From: an uncultured Nitrospinota bacterium
Lineage (GTDB): Bacteria > Tectomicrobia > Entotheonellia > J063 > CAVPRW01
Direction: 5' to 3'
Assembly: GCA_963707985.1 (NCBI GenBank)
Contig: CAVPRW010000042.1
Coordinates: 1 to 64,000, forward strand
Length of the DNA: 64,000 bases
A program made the translations under genes and the position numbers. Shown here in pieces: positions 41,428 through 52,039 of the stretch; the first letter of the stretch is position 1, and every line of letters begins with the position of its first letter. The notes beneath the pieces are model-generated. The model was not told where the DNA came from. It worked only from the letters and a program-made list of their open reading frames with translations, and ran no database searches.

Positions 41428-41848
41428 GCTTATGCGGCCCTCCGCTCTTCAGATTGAGCCGCTTGGGTCGGACTTATAATTCTTTCATATCATATCTTTA
41501 TTTATTTTTATTAATATATTTATATCAAATAATCCTTGACTCCCAACGAAATGTTGTGGTACCTACAACAAGGCTCAGTTTGAGCCCGCTTGGATGGCGC
41601 CTCAACACGTCTACTGATATCGAGAGGTAATTTCCCAAAGATCGACGCCTGTTGCCTAGCGTATCGATTGATGGGGGCGCATGGCAAAATTGCCGTGAGG
41701 ATATCGTCCTCAATGGTAAATCTTCATGGTGAAGGTGTTTCTAGGGTGGGTGCCCCACAAGACCCGTTGCCGCCTAGTCATACGCCTGGCCGTGGGCGAT
41801 GTACTGGGACAGAAAACGCCAGTAAACTACGACCGGAGGAAAAGTTTG

Positions 41849-42190
41849 ATGAAGGGAACTCTGATGGCTATCGTGCTCGCTGCATTAGGAGCCAGCGTCT
41901 TCGGCGACCTTCAGATGGGTAGAGCCTATGGCGCTGAGATGTCAGATGATATGAAAAAAATGCAGGAGCAGCTCAACAATCAAGTCTTATCAAAACCCTT
42001 TAGTGTTGCCGATGAGGCGCAAGTCAAATCGTACATTGAGGATGCGCAACGGCGTGGAGAAGTGCCGCAAGCCTATAAGGGCACGTACTGGAGACCAGGA
42101 TATACTTGCGCCAATTTGCGCTCATACTCCTATCGCGAATACCTGGCATGTCGGTATTATTATTCCTATTATGGCCATTACTACCCATAG
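41849..42190 (+). CDS. Hypothetical secreted protein with Tyr-rich, two-Cys C-terminus
   Basis: GGAGG RBS; signal-like N-terminus; ..YWRPGYTC..YREYLACRYYYSYYGHYYP. Confidence 0.7.
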   Translation: MKGTLMAIVLAALGASVFGDLQMGRAYGAEMSDDMKKMQEQLNNQVLSKPFSVADEAQVKSYIEDAQRRGEVPQAYKGTYWRPGYTCANLRSYSYREYLACRYYYSYYGHYYP

Positions 42191-42253
42191 AAAAGTCATC
42201 AGATCTTCCAGCCGTTGATAGCGTATTTTGTTCACCCATGTGAAGGAGCCAAG

Positions 42254-43019
42254 AATGATTCACCCTGATGTACGTCCCCCCATCCGGACAATATTGTCCA
42301 TCATGACTGCCCTCGTAATCCTCTCGGGATGCGCAGCCGTACATACTTCCATTGCCAAGAAAGATCTCGATGTCCAAACCAAAATGAGCGACACGGTATT
42401 CCTGGACCCGGTTGGTCCGGATAAGAAGATTATCTTTGTGCAAGTACGTAATACCTCGGATAAGCCATTCGATATCCAAGGCCCTATTATGAGCGCGATT
42501 GCGTCGAGGGGCTATCGTATTACATTGAATCCTGATGAAGCCCATTTCCGACTGCTCGGCAATGTATTAAGTGTTGCTAAGGCAAGTCCCACAGCGGCCG
42601 AGGCGACCCTGGCGAGTGGCTACGGTGGGGCCTTCGGAGGTGCGGCGCTGGGGGCAACTGTGGGGGGAGTAACACATGGCTGGACCGGCGCAGCCGTGGG
42701 CGGAGCCGTGGGAGGGGTTCTCGGCGGTTTAACCGAGACCGTAGCGAATGCGGCGGTCAAGGATGTGACGTTCATGATCGTGACCGACATCGAGATCACC
42801 GAAAAAGCCGCACCCGGGGTGATCGTGCGGCAAGATAGCCGGCAAGATGCATCGCAAGGAGTGGGGGGGAGACGAACTCAAACGTCATCAGAAGTCACTG
42901 ATGTGAAAAAGTATCGGACACGCATCGTCAGTACCGCCAACAAAGCCAACTTGGACTATGAAGAAGCCGCTCCACAACTCACCGAGGGGCTCGTCCGTTC
43001 AGTCTCTGGGCTGTTTTAG
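42254..43019 (+). CDS. traT: TraT complement-resistance/surface-exclusion lipoprotein
   Basis: LSGC lipobox, DLDVQTKMSDTVFLDP, VRNTSD, glycine zipper, TRIVSTANKANL. Confidence 0.9.
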
Positions 43020-43344
43020 CGGTGGTTCCAACCGCTCTTTAGTGGTTTCCGAGCGCGGCGAAGCGGCTGAGCATGCGAGAAGCTTCGCCGTGCTGAGGAT
43101 GGAATGACCTGACCTCCGCCGCAAGACTGGCGACAGGGTGCGCGGAAACTTGACCGCCAATTGACCCCAGGTGTCGTCGGTGATCTACCTCAATGGCTCC
43201 CCGTCTTCATTGAGCTCACCCCGATTCTTTCCGCCGCTTTGTCGTTGACAAACCATCAGGGTCTTGTTACGGTGTGGAGCATTTTTCAGAGGCGAGGACA
43301 CGTGCTCATCGCCCGACACTTGGAGAGGGGAGACCGCAGCACCG

Positions 43345-44723
43345 TGGAGACTAAAGCCTGGGGAGGCCGTTTCAACCAGCCCACTCATGACCTCGTCGAA
43401 CACTTCACGGCCTCGATTCTGTTCGATCGGCGACTCTACAGCTATGATATTCAAGGTAGCATCGCGCACTGCCGGATGCTAGCCAAGTGTGGCATTATCG
43501 CCGCAGAGGAGGCCAGCCTGATTATTGACGGTCTGCGGGCGATTGAGGCGGAAATCGACCGTGGCACGTTCGCGTTTGATGTGCGCTGGGAGGATATCCA
43601 CATGCACATCGAACGCCGCTTGATCGAAACCATCGGCCCCGTTGGTGGGAAGCTCCACACCGCCCGTAGTCGCAACGATCAAATCGCCTTGGATGTACGG
43701 CTCTACATGCGTGACGAGATCCGTACCATTCTCGACGACATCGGGCAATTACAACACACGCTGGTTGACCTGGCGGAGCACCATCTGGACGTGATTATGC
43801 CCGGATACACGCATCTGCAGCGCGCGCAGCCCATCCGCCTGTCGCATCATCTGTTGGCCTACGACGAAATGTTCGAGCGCGACCGTCAGCGCTTTACCGA
43901 GTGCTTGACACGCGTGAACATCCTCCCCCTCGGTGCCGGTGCTCTGGCCACCACCACCTATCCGATCGACCGCGTCTATGTCGCCAACTTGCTTGATTTT
44001 CCGGCGCTTGCAGAGAATAGCATAGACGCCGTCAGCGACCGCGACTTCGTGATCGAGTGCTGTGCCGATGCGGCGCTGGTGATGATGCACCTCAGCCGGC
44101 TGAGTCAGGAGATCACGCTTTGGTGCAGTGCCGAATTTGGCTTCATCGAGCTCTCGGACGCCTTTTCCACCGGCAGTAGCATCATGCCACAGAAGAAAAA
44201 TCCCGACGTGGCTGAGCTGACGCGGGGGAAAACTGGACGCGTCTATGGCCATCTGCAAGGTGTGCTGACGGTGATGAAGGGGCTGCCGCTGGCCTACAAC
44301 AGCGACATGCAGGAAGATAAGGAGGCGCTCTTCGATGTCATCGACACCGTGAAAGCTTGCCTGCGCGTTTTCGCGCCCATGCTGGCTACCCTCACAGTGC
44401 GTCCCGAACGGATGCGCCGCGCCGCCGCGGAAGGCTTTGGTACCGCCACAGATATGGCCGACTATCTGGCGGCGAAGGGCATTCCCTTCCGGGAGGCGCA
44501 TGAGATCGTCGGGCGTATCGTGCGCCACTGCCTTGACCAGCAGCAGAGTCTGGAGGACTTGAGCCTGGAGGAGTTGCAAACGTTCTCGCCGCTCTTCGAT
44601 GGCGACATCTATGCGGCTATCGCGCTGGATGCATCGGTCGATCGTCGTCAGGTGCGGGGTGGTCCGGCCCGTGCCGTGGTCGCTGAACGCCTCAAAGCTA
44701 TCCGCGCCGTCAGGGGATGGTAA
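43345..44723 (+). CDS. argH: Argininosuccinate lyase
   Basis: [34 protein letters not shown]. Confidence 0.97.
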
Positions 44724-44727
44724 GGCT

Positions 44728-44856
44728 ATGGGACGCATGGTGCTGGCCTGGCTCATTATCCTTCCCTTCGTCCTGGGGCCCCTTGGGTGTGGCAAAAAGG
44801 GCCCTCCCATACCTCCGCCACCTCAGACGCAAGCTGCCTATGGGGTTTCCCATTGA
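44728..44856 (+). CDS. Small lipoprotein (LppL/YifL/LptM-like)
   Basis: LGCGKKGPPIPPP lipobox motif; typical position before lysA. Confidence 0.7.
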   Translation: MGRMVLAWLIILPFVLGPLGCGKKGPPIPPPPQTQAAYGVSH

Positions 44857-45012
44857 CACGTCGTTTGCGACTATGGTACACCTGAGGCGATCTTACGGTA
44901 CTAAGGAAAAACAAAGAGATCCGGAAATACCATCGCGACACCTTGGCTTTCGCCCTGACCGTACGCGTTGGTATTTGCTGAACAGCCATCATGTGCGGCC
45001 GGAGGCGTGTGG

Positions 45013-46272
45013 ATGACGGCCTTTGCTTATCAGGCTGGCGAGTTGTGCTGCGAAGAGGTGCCGCTCACCAAGATTGGACAGGATGTGGGCACCCCCTGCT
45101 ATATCTACAGCCGCCGGATGCTTGTCGAGAGTTACCGTGCCCTTGATCAGGCCTTCGCCGGACTGCCTCATCTCATCTGTTATGCTATGAAGGCCAACGC
45201 CAACCTGGCCATCCTGCGGGTATTTATTGAGGCGGGAGGGGGGCTGGATATCGTCTCGGGCGGAGAGTTGTTTCGTGCCCTGCATGTTGGGGCCAATGCC
45301 CAGCGCATCGTGTTCGCCGGGGTGGGCAAGAGCGCTGAAGAAATCGAGGCGGCGCTCCGGGCTGACATCTTGCTATTCAACGTGGAGTCCCCGCAAGAAC
45401 TCGAGGCCATCCATGCGGTCGCCGCCAAGCTTGGCAGGCAGGCTCGCGTGGCGCTGCGAGTCAATCCCAATGTCGATCCGCAGACCCACCCCTATATCTC
45501 GACCGGGCTGAGGCAAAGCAAGTTCGGGGTGCCGATCCAGGAAGCGCTGGAGCTCTATCGCAGCATGCGAGCGCTGCCTTACCTCGACCCCGTCGGCGTG
45601 CATGCTCACATCGGCTCCCAGATCACCCAGGTGGCACCATTCCAGGAGTCGGTGGCTAAGCTGGTTCCACTGGTGCACGCACTACGCCAGGATGGCTTCA
45701 ACATCCAGTATCTCGACATCGGCGGTGGCATCGGCATTCGCTATAAAGACGAGGGCCCACCGGCACCCACTGAATATGCCAACACACTGCGCCCGCTACT
45801 CGGCGCACTGGCGTGTACGGTGCTCATGGAGCCAGGCCGTTTCCTGGTAGGCAATGCTGGAAGCCTGATGACCAGGGTGTTATATGAGAAAACCAACCAA
45901 GACAAAAAATTCCTCGTCGTCGATGGCGGCATGAACGACCTGATACGCCCGAGCCTCTACAATGCCTACCATACCATTCTGCCGGTTGTGCAACGGGCCA
46001 ATGGCCATCCCGAGGTGACTCTCGATGTGGTGGGGCCAATCTGCGAGAGCGGTGATTTCCTCGCCAAAGACCGTTCCTTGCCGGCCTGTCAACCGGGAGA
46101 CCTCCTCGCCGTGCTGAGCGCGGGGGCCTACGGGTTTGCGATGGCATCGAATTATAACGCACGCCCCCGTGTCCCGGAGGTCATGGTCAACGGCGATCAG
46201 TTTGCAGTCGTTCGAGCCCGGGAGACATACGAAGACCTGATCCGTGGAGAAATCATTCCAACCTGGTCCTAA
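45013..46272 (+). CDS. lysA: Diaminopimelate decarboxylase
   Basis: YAMKAN, HIGSQ, EPGR, GPICESGD, GAYG..MASNYN. Confidence 0.97.
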   Translation: MTAFAYQAGELCCEEVPLTKIGQDVGTPCYIYSRRMLVESYRALDQAFAGLPHLICYAMKANANLAILRVFIEAGGGLDIVSGGELFRALHVGANAQRIVFAGVGKSAEEIEAALRADILLFNVESPQELEAIHAVAAKLGRQARVALRVNPNVDPQTHPYISTGLRQSKFGVPIQEALELYRSMRALPYLDPVGVHAHIGSQITQVAPFQESVAKLVPLVHALRQDGFNIQYLDIGGGIGIRYKDEGPPAPTEYANTLRPLLGALACTVLMEPGRFLVGNAGSLMTRVLYEKTNQDKKFLVVDGGMNDLIRPSLYNAYHTILPVVQRANGHPEVTLDVVGPICESGDFLAKDRSLPACQPGDLLAVLSAGAYGFAMASNYNARPRVPEVMVNGDQFAVVRARETYEDLIRGEIIPTWS

Positions 46273-46541
46273 TCGCACCAACCGGAGGGAGGTGAGGCAC
46301 ATGGCGGCCATGCGAGGCCAACAGGTTCAGGACCTACATCATGATGAAGAGGTAAAGTATCATGTCCTGCGCCAGGCTGATCGCGAGGCCGACGCCAAGA
46401 TCCGCGGCGTGGCCATAGAATGTGCCTCTCGAGAGTCAGGCGATTGAAGCAGTGACGCTCAACGATTTCGAGGAATGCTGAGCACGTGCCTCCGCCTCGG
46501 AAGCACCACATCAGCCCCCACAAGCCAGGAGGGATGAGAGT

Positions 46542-47414
46542 ATGTTTAAAGGATCATTCGTTGCAATTGTCACCCCCTTTCGCGATGGTCAACTCGATGA
46601 AGCTGCTCTCCGCGGTCTGCTTGAGTTTCATCTGAGCAATGGGACTAATGGCATCGTCCCTTGCGGCACGACAGGCGAATCCCCTACCTTGTCCCATGAC
46701 GAATACGAACGCGTCATCGAGATCACTGTGGAGATGGTGCATGGACGCCTGCCAGTGATTGCCGGAACGGGATTCAACGCCACCGATAAGACTATTGACG
46801 CTACGCGTTTTGCGAAAAACGCCGGAGCCGATGGTGCGCTCATCGTCACGCCGTACTATAACCGCCCCACCCCCGAGGGCATCTATCAGCACTTTGCGGC
46901 GGTCGCCAAGGCCGTGGATATCCCGATCATCGTCTACAATATTCCCGGTCGCACGGGAACCAATATTTTGCCCGACACCATGGCACGGCTAGCCAGCATC
47001 GAGACCGTCGTGGGGGTCAAAGAAAGCACGGGCTCCCTCCAGCAAGTGCAAGAGATGATCAAGCTTTGCGGTGAGAAGTTCACAGTGCTGTCGGGCGATG
47101 ATTGGGCGACGCTCCCGTTGCTGGCAGTTGGCGGCCAAGGTGTGATCTCGGTCACAGCCAATATTGCGCCACGTCAGGTCGCCACGGTCGTCAGCGAGTG
47201 GGAGAAGGGGAACCTCACTGCAGCTCGCGATCTCCATTATAAACTTTGGCCACTGCACAGCACGTTATTCATCGAGACCAGTCCAACGCCGGTGAAGACG
47301 GCCCTGGGCATGATGGGCAAGATCAACCCCGACGTGCGCCTGCCGCTGGTGCCGATGCTGCCGAACAATCGCAGCAAGTTGGAAATGGCCCTGAAAGAGT
47401 TTGGCTTGTTATAA
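46542..47414 (+). CDS. dapA: 4-hydroxy-tetrahydrodipicolinate synthase
   Basis: GTTGES, PYYN, YNIPGRT, GVKES. Confidence 0.97.
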   Translation: MFKGSFVAIVTPFRDGQLDEAALRGLLEFHLSNGTNGIVPCGTTGESPTLSHDEYERVIEITVEMVHGRLPVIAGTGFNATDKTIDATRFAKNAGADGALIVTPYYNRPTPEGIYQHFAAVAKAVDIPIIVYNIPGRTGTNILPDTMARLASIETVVGVKESTGSLQQVQEMIKLCGEKFTVLSGDDWATLPLLAVGGQGVISVTANIAPRQVATVVSEWEKGNLTAARDLHYKLWPLHSTLFIETSPTPVKTALGMMGKINPDVRLPLVPMLPNNRSKLEMALKEFGLL

Positions 47415-47592
47415 TTCGCCCTGGACAAACTGTCTGCTACCCTTGTGGTGAGGTCCTCTCCCACGTAGAGAGGGCTTCACACCTGCCTTCTGCAGTCGGC
47501 TAAAGGTGTAGAAACAGCTGTGGCAAAGGCACTGGGTGACGTACTACCTTGTAGTCGACCAGGTGTACGCTTGGTTGGCGAGGAGAATTGAC

Positions 47593-48393
47593 GTGCGTGT
47601 CGCAGTTGCGGGCGCATCCGGAAAGATGGGTGGACGGCTCGTCCACCTGGTGAAGGAAAGTGGCGACCTGGAGATTGTCGGAGGTCTTGAGCGTCCTGGG
47701 CACCCATCCCTCGGCAAGGACCTCGGAGAGGTCGTGGGGCTGGGCACACTTCACGTGCCGCTAGTCGACGATCTCAACACGCTGGTGCCCAACATCGACC
47801 TCCTGTTTGAGTTTACCATCCCCGAGGCTTCGCTTGCACATGTGCGCGTTATGTCCAACCAGGGCAAACCGATGGTCTTGGGAACCACAGGCTTCATGGC
47901 AGCACAGCTGGCGGAGATTCGGAGCTTGGCTCAGCACATGCCGCTGTTCATGGCCCCCAATATGAGCCCAGCGATTAATGTCATGTACAAGTTGATCGCC
48001 GATGCAGCCCGCTTGTTAGGGGCGGATTTCGACATCGAAATCCTCGAGGCACACCATCGGTATAAGGTCGATGCGCCCAGTGGCACGGCCGTGCGTATGG
48101 GCGAGATCCTGGCCCAAACCCTCGATCGAGATTTGGAGAAAGTGGTGGTGCATGGGCGTAAGGGTATCGTCGGGCAACGGAAAGATGAGGAGATTGCCAT
48201 CCTAAGCATCCGTGCGGGCGATCTGACGGGCGATCACACGGTCACGTTTGGTGGGATCGGCGAACGCCTGGAAATCATCCATCGTACCCAAAGCCGCGAT
48301 GCCTTCGGCCGTGGTGCCCTGCGCGCCGCGCGCTGGATCGTCCAGCAGAAGCCTGGGCTCTATGATATGCAGGACCTGTTGGGATTGAAGTAG
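47593..48393 (+). CDS. dapB: 4-hydroxy-tetrahydrodipicolinate reductase
   Basis: GASGKMG, GTTG, EAHHRYKVDAPSGTA. Confidence 0.97.
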   Translation: MRVAVAGASGKMGGRLVHLVKESGDLEIVGGLERPGHPSLGKDLGEVVGLGTLHVPLVDDLNTLVPNIDLLFEFTIPEASLAHVRVMSNQGKPMVLGTTGFMAAQLAEIRSLAQHMPLFMAPNMSPAINVMYKLIADAARLLGADFDIEILEAHHRYKVDAPSGTAVRMGEILAQTLDRDLEKVVVHGRKGIVGQRKDEEIAILSIRAGDLTGDHTVTFGGIGERLEIIHRTQSRDAFGRGALRAARWIVQQKPGLYDMQDLLGLK

Positions 48394-48480
48394 CAGCTCT
48401 GGCGACACGCCCGACAGATGGAGGCAAACTGTCAGTGTTTCTCTGTGTCAAGCCGAGACTTCACTCTTGAGGAGAAAACT

Positions 48481-49650
48481 TTGATTACCGTTCAACTGGC
48501 CGAGCGGCTGAGAGGCCTCCCCCCCTATTTATTTGCGGAAATCGATAAGGTCAAAGATGAGATGCGGCGTCAGGGGGTTGACCTCATCAGCTTGGGCATC
48601 GGCGATCCCGATATCCCAACGCCACCACATATCGTGAAGGCCCTGCAAGCAGCTGCCGAAAAGGCCGCTAATCATCAGTATGCTCCCTACGAGGGGACGT
48701 TGGCGTTTCGCGAAGCGGTGGCCCAGTGGTATCAACGGCGCTTCGGGGTCATACTGAACCCAGCCACCGAGGTCATGTCGCTGATTGGCTCGAAAGAGGG
48801 GATTGGCCACCTACCCCTGGCTTTTATCAATCCTGGCGATGTTGTCCTCGTGCCTGACCCAGGCTATCCAGTCTATCACGCGGGTACGGTATTCGCCGGC
48901 GGGGAATCGGTGGTGATGCCGCTGCATGCCTCGAATGGCTTTCTCCCGGATCTGCAACAGATCACACCCGAGCATGCACGGCGAGCCAAGATGATGTACC
49001 TCAACTATCCCAACAACCCCACCGCTGCCGTGGCACCGAAGGCGTTTTTCGAGGAGGTTGTCGAGTTCGCTCAGCAACACCATATCATCGTGTGCCACGA
49101 TGCGGCATACTCAGAGGTCGCCTTCGATGGATACCGCCCTGTGAGTTTCATGGAAGTCGATGGGGCGCGCGACGTCGGCATCGAAATGCACTCTTTGTCG
49201 AAGACCTACAATATGACTGGGTGGCGCATTGGCTTTGCCGTGGGCAATGCGCAGATCCTGGCCGGCTTGGCGACGATTAAAACGAACCTCGATTCGGGCG
49301 TGTTCATGGCCGTACAGGATGCTGCCATCGCAGCTCTGAGCGGCCCTGATGATTGCGTCGAAGAGATGCGCCGTATCTACCAACAGCGTCAGGAACTCAC
49401 CGTGGCGGGGTTACAGGAGATCGGCTTACACGCCGAGCGGCCTCGTGCCACTTTCTATCTGTGGTTTCCTGTCCCTCCAAAATACACGTCCTCTGAGTTG
49501 ACCACGCGCATGATCCGCGAGGCTGGAGTGGTGCCCACGCCTGGTAACGGGTTCGGAACCTACGGAGAAGGGTTCATCCGGCTCTCGCTCACCGTCGATA
49601 AGGAGCGCATCCGTGAGGCGATTGAGCGCCTGAAGAAAGTTGGATTGTAG
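48481..49650 (+). CDS. dapL: LL-diaminopimelate aminotransferase
   Basis: LPPYLFA, NYPNNPT, SLSKTYNMTGWRIG; dap operon context. Confidence 0.85.
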   Translation: MITVQLAERLRGLPPYLFAEIDKVKDEMRRQGVDLISLGIGDPDIPTPPHIVKALQAAAEKAANHQYAPYEGTLAFREAVAQWYQRRFGVILNPATEVMSLIGSKEGIGHLPLAFINPGDVVLVPDPGYPVYHAGTVFAGGESVVMPLHASNGFLPDLQQITPEHARRAKMMYLNYPNNPTAAVAPKAFFEEVVEFAQQHHIIVCHDAAYSEVAFDGYRPVSFMEVDGARDVGIEMHSLSKTYNMTGWRIGFAVGNAQILAGLATIKTNLDSGVFMAVQDAAIAALSGPDDCVEEMRRIYQQRQELTVAGLQEIGLHAERPRATFYLWFPVPPKYTSSELTTRMIREAGVVPTPGNGFGTYGEGFIRLSLTVDKERIREAIERLKKVGL

Positions 49651-49818
49651 ACGGCCCTCTGGTTCTCGACAATCCGACGACCGTGTTGATTTCTCGGACG
49701 CGCACGCGTGGTGTGTGATCGATGGCCTCCGTTGACACACCCCTGATCCCTACGTTATTCTACACAACATGCCAATGCAACTACCGCCGCGCGCAGATGT
49801 CGGGAGCCTCGTCCCGGC

Positions 49819-51954
49819 GTGCGCATTCTGGCGCTGCACGTTTGGTCGGGAACGGCTCCAGTGAGAAAGATTCTGGCCACAAAGAGGCCCATCTCGCCTA
49901 TCAGTGCCCTCATCCTGGGGTGTTGCCTGCTCCTGGTATGGCTCCCGTCTCCAACGCAGGGGCAGAAGCCCGATGAAGCGTCGGTGTATTCAATTGCGGT
50001 TCAGGCCTATCGAGATGGCCTCCTGGACATCGCGCGTGATCAACTCCAACTATACTTGGCCGCGTATCCGCAGGGCAAGCATGTCGCCGAAGCTCACTAT
50101 CTGCTTGGGGATTACTTCTTCCGCACGGGAAATTTTCAGCAAGTCGTGCCACATGTGCAGGAGGCCCTGCAACGCCAGCTCCCCGCAGCCCTGCATGAAG
50201 ATGCTTATTACCTGTTGGGCCGAAGCACTCTCGAAACCGGCCAATATACTCAGGCGGTGGAGGCATTTCAACCGCTTATCAAGCCGGGCCACAGCGAACG
50301 GTGGCACGAGGCGGCGCTTTACTGGAGCGCAGAGGCCCTACTCCACCTGGGTGATTTTAGCGCTGCCGCCCGCCAACTACAGGAACTGGTGGAAAGTTAT
50401 CCTAACACGGAATATCTCGAATCCTCCCTGTACGGGATTGGCTATGCACGGCAGAAGACCGCTGCTCCTGAACAGAGCCTCGAGGCCTTCCAACGATTGT
50501 TGGTACGTTTTCCCGAGAGCCACCTCCATCGTGCTGCCGAGTATGGAGTCGCGCGCGCACTCGTGACGCTGCAGCGCTTCGCGGAGGCCGCGCCGTATTG
50601 GCGGCGTATCAGCGAGGCCGCTCTGTCCCCCGCAGAGGCTGAGGAGGCAACCTTCTGGTGGGCAGAAAGCTGGACTCGTGCCGAGCACTGTGATCAGGCC
50701 ACGACTGCTTTTCAAGACTACCTGCAGCGCTATCCACGCGGCAAGTATCGAGCCGAAGCGCTGGCGACTGTGGCCACGTGCGCCCATGCTGTTGAGGCAT
50801 ACGACGCGGAAATTGCGGCGCGGGAAGTCTTCTTGCAGGAGTTCCCTGGCGATGCCCGTCGTGATCCCATGCTCATACGCTTGGCCGAGGCCTATGAGCA
50901 AACCAACCAACCTGTACATGCCCGTGAGCGCTACGCACAATGGCTCCGGGAGTTTCCCGACCACACGCTGCGTGCAGACATGCTGATTCGCCACGGCTTG
51001 CTCAGTCGGTCGCAGGGAGACGATGCGCAGGCGACCGAGAATTTTGCTGAGGTCTTGCGCTTAAGTGCTGATTCCCGCCAGCGAGGCCTCGCTCATGCGG
51101 TCTTAGCCCAGAGCTACGTCAGGCGTGACGACTGCGCCGCAGCGCTGCCGCACTTATCCGCCATCATCGAGCAGGGTGACCGACCCTCCCAGCAACAAGC
51201 CCGTTGGCAACGGGGCATGTGTGCCTATCGGAACAAAGCCTTCCTCGCCGCTGTCGAAGACTTTCAGCAGCTCGTCGACGATGCCAGCTTTGGAGGCGAT
51301 CGTCACAGTCTATGGCTGCTGTTGGGGCAGAGTCTAGCGACCCTTCACCGAGACGCGGAAGCAGTGGATTACTTTCGACGAGTCCTGGCCGTCGCTCCAC
51401 CGGATAAAGCAGCTGTACAAGCCTTGGCGGGCCTCGGAGCTAGCTTGCTGAAAGTTGGGCAGGTCGAAGCAGCGTTGTCAGTGTATGAGCAACTCCTCGA
51501 CGTCGCTCCCGAGCTGCCGGCGCAGGAGCAACTCCATTTGCAACTGGGCCGACTGTATCTTGAGCGCCAAGACGGAGATCACGCCAAACGGCATCTCGAT
51601 GCGGCAGCGAACGGCCATGATGAAGCCATCGCGGCTGAAGCCACTTATCGCCTGGCGGATCTCCTGTTCGCAGAGGGGATGACGGAGGAGGCGGCAGCCC
51701 TGCTGCACAAGCTGACCACACAGCTGGTTTCGCAACCGGCCTGGGTGGGCATTGCTTCCTACCGACTGGCACTCATCTACGAGGCAAAGCAGCTATGGCC
51801 AGAGGCGTGGCAGGCCTATATCGCTGCAGCCAAAACTGCCACGGACCCAGAGCTCGTGAAGGCAGCCCGTGAGCGTGCCCAACACCTCGAGGAGACGGTC
51901 GATGTTCATGCCCGTCGCGAACCTGATTCGTCTCAAGCAGAGCGCAATTTATGA
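49819..51954 (+). CDS. Large exported TPR protein (BamD/CpoB-like repeats)
   Basis: Hydrophobic leader; repeated Y/F-P..A..A.Y..G units; start uncertain. Confidence 0.8.
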   Translation: MRILALHVWSGTAPVRKILATKRPISPISALILGCCLLLVWLPSPTQGQKPDEASVYSIAVQAYRDGLLDIARDQLQLYLAAYPQGKHVAEAHYLLGDYFFRTGNFQQVVPHVQEALQRQLPAALHEDAYYLLGRSTLETGQYTQAVEAFQPLIKPGHSERWHEAALYWSAEALLHLGDFSAAARQLQELVESYPNTEYLESSLYGIGYARQKTAAPEQSLEAFQRLLVRFPESHLHRAAEYGVARALVTLQRFAEAAPYWRRISEAALSPAEAEEATFWWAESWTRAEHCDQATTAFQDYLQRYPRGKYRAEALATVATCAHAVEAYDAEIAAREVFLQEFPGDARRDPMLIRLAEAYEQTNQPVHARERYAQWLREFPDHTLRADMLIRHGLLSRSQGDDAQATENFAEVLRLSADSRQRGLAHAVLAQSYVRRDDCAAALPHLSAIIEQGDRPSQQQARWQRGMCAYRNKAFLAAVEDFQQLVDDASFGGDRHSLWLLLGQSLATLHRDAEAVDYFRRVLAVAPPDKAAVQALAGLGASLLKVGQVEAALSVYEQLLDVAPELPAQEQLHLQLGRLYLERQDGDHAKRHLDAAANGHDEAIAAEATYRLADLLFAEGMTEEAAALLHKLTTQLVSQPAWVGIASYRLALIYEAKQLWPEAWQAYIAAAKTATDPELVKAARERAQHLEETVDVHARREPDSSQAERNL

Positions 51955-52039
51955 TGCCTCACCCCACCAGTGCCGACGCACCATCGCCACGACCCACTGG
52001 TGCCGCCAGCTCCGGTGGGGGAGGAGAGGCGCTAGGTTC

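Noticed and set aside
43749..44810. Long antisense ORFs (this one, 21807-22997 and 29428-30417)
   Set aside because: Shadow ORFs of GC-rich sense genes with no recognisable motifs.
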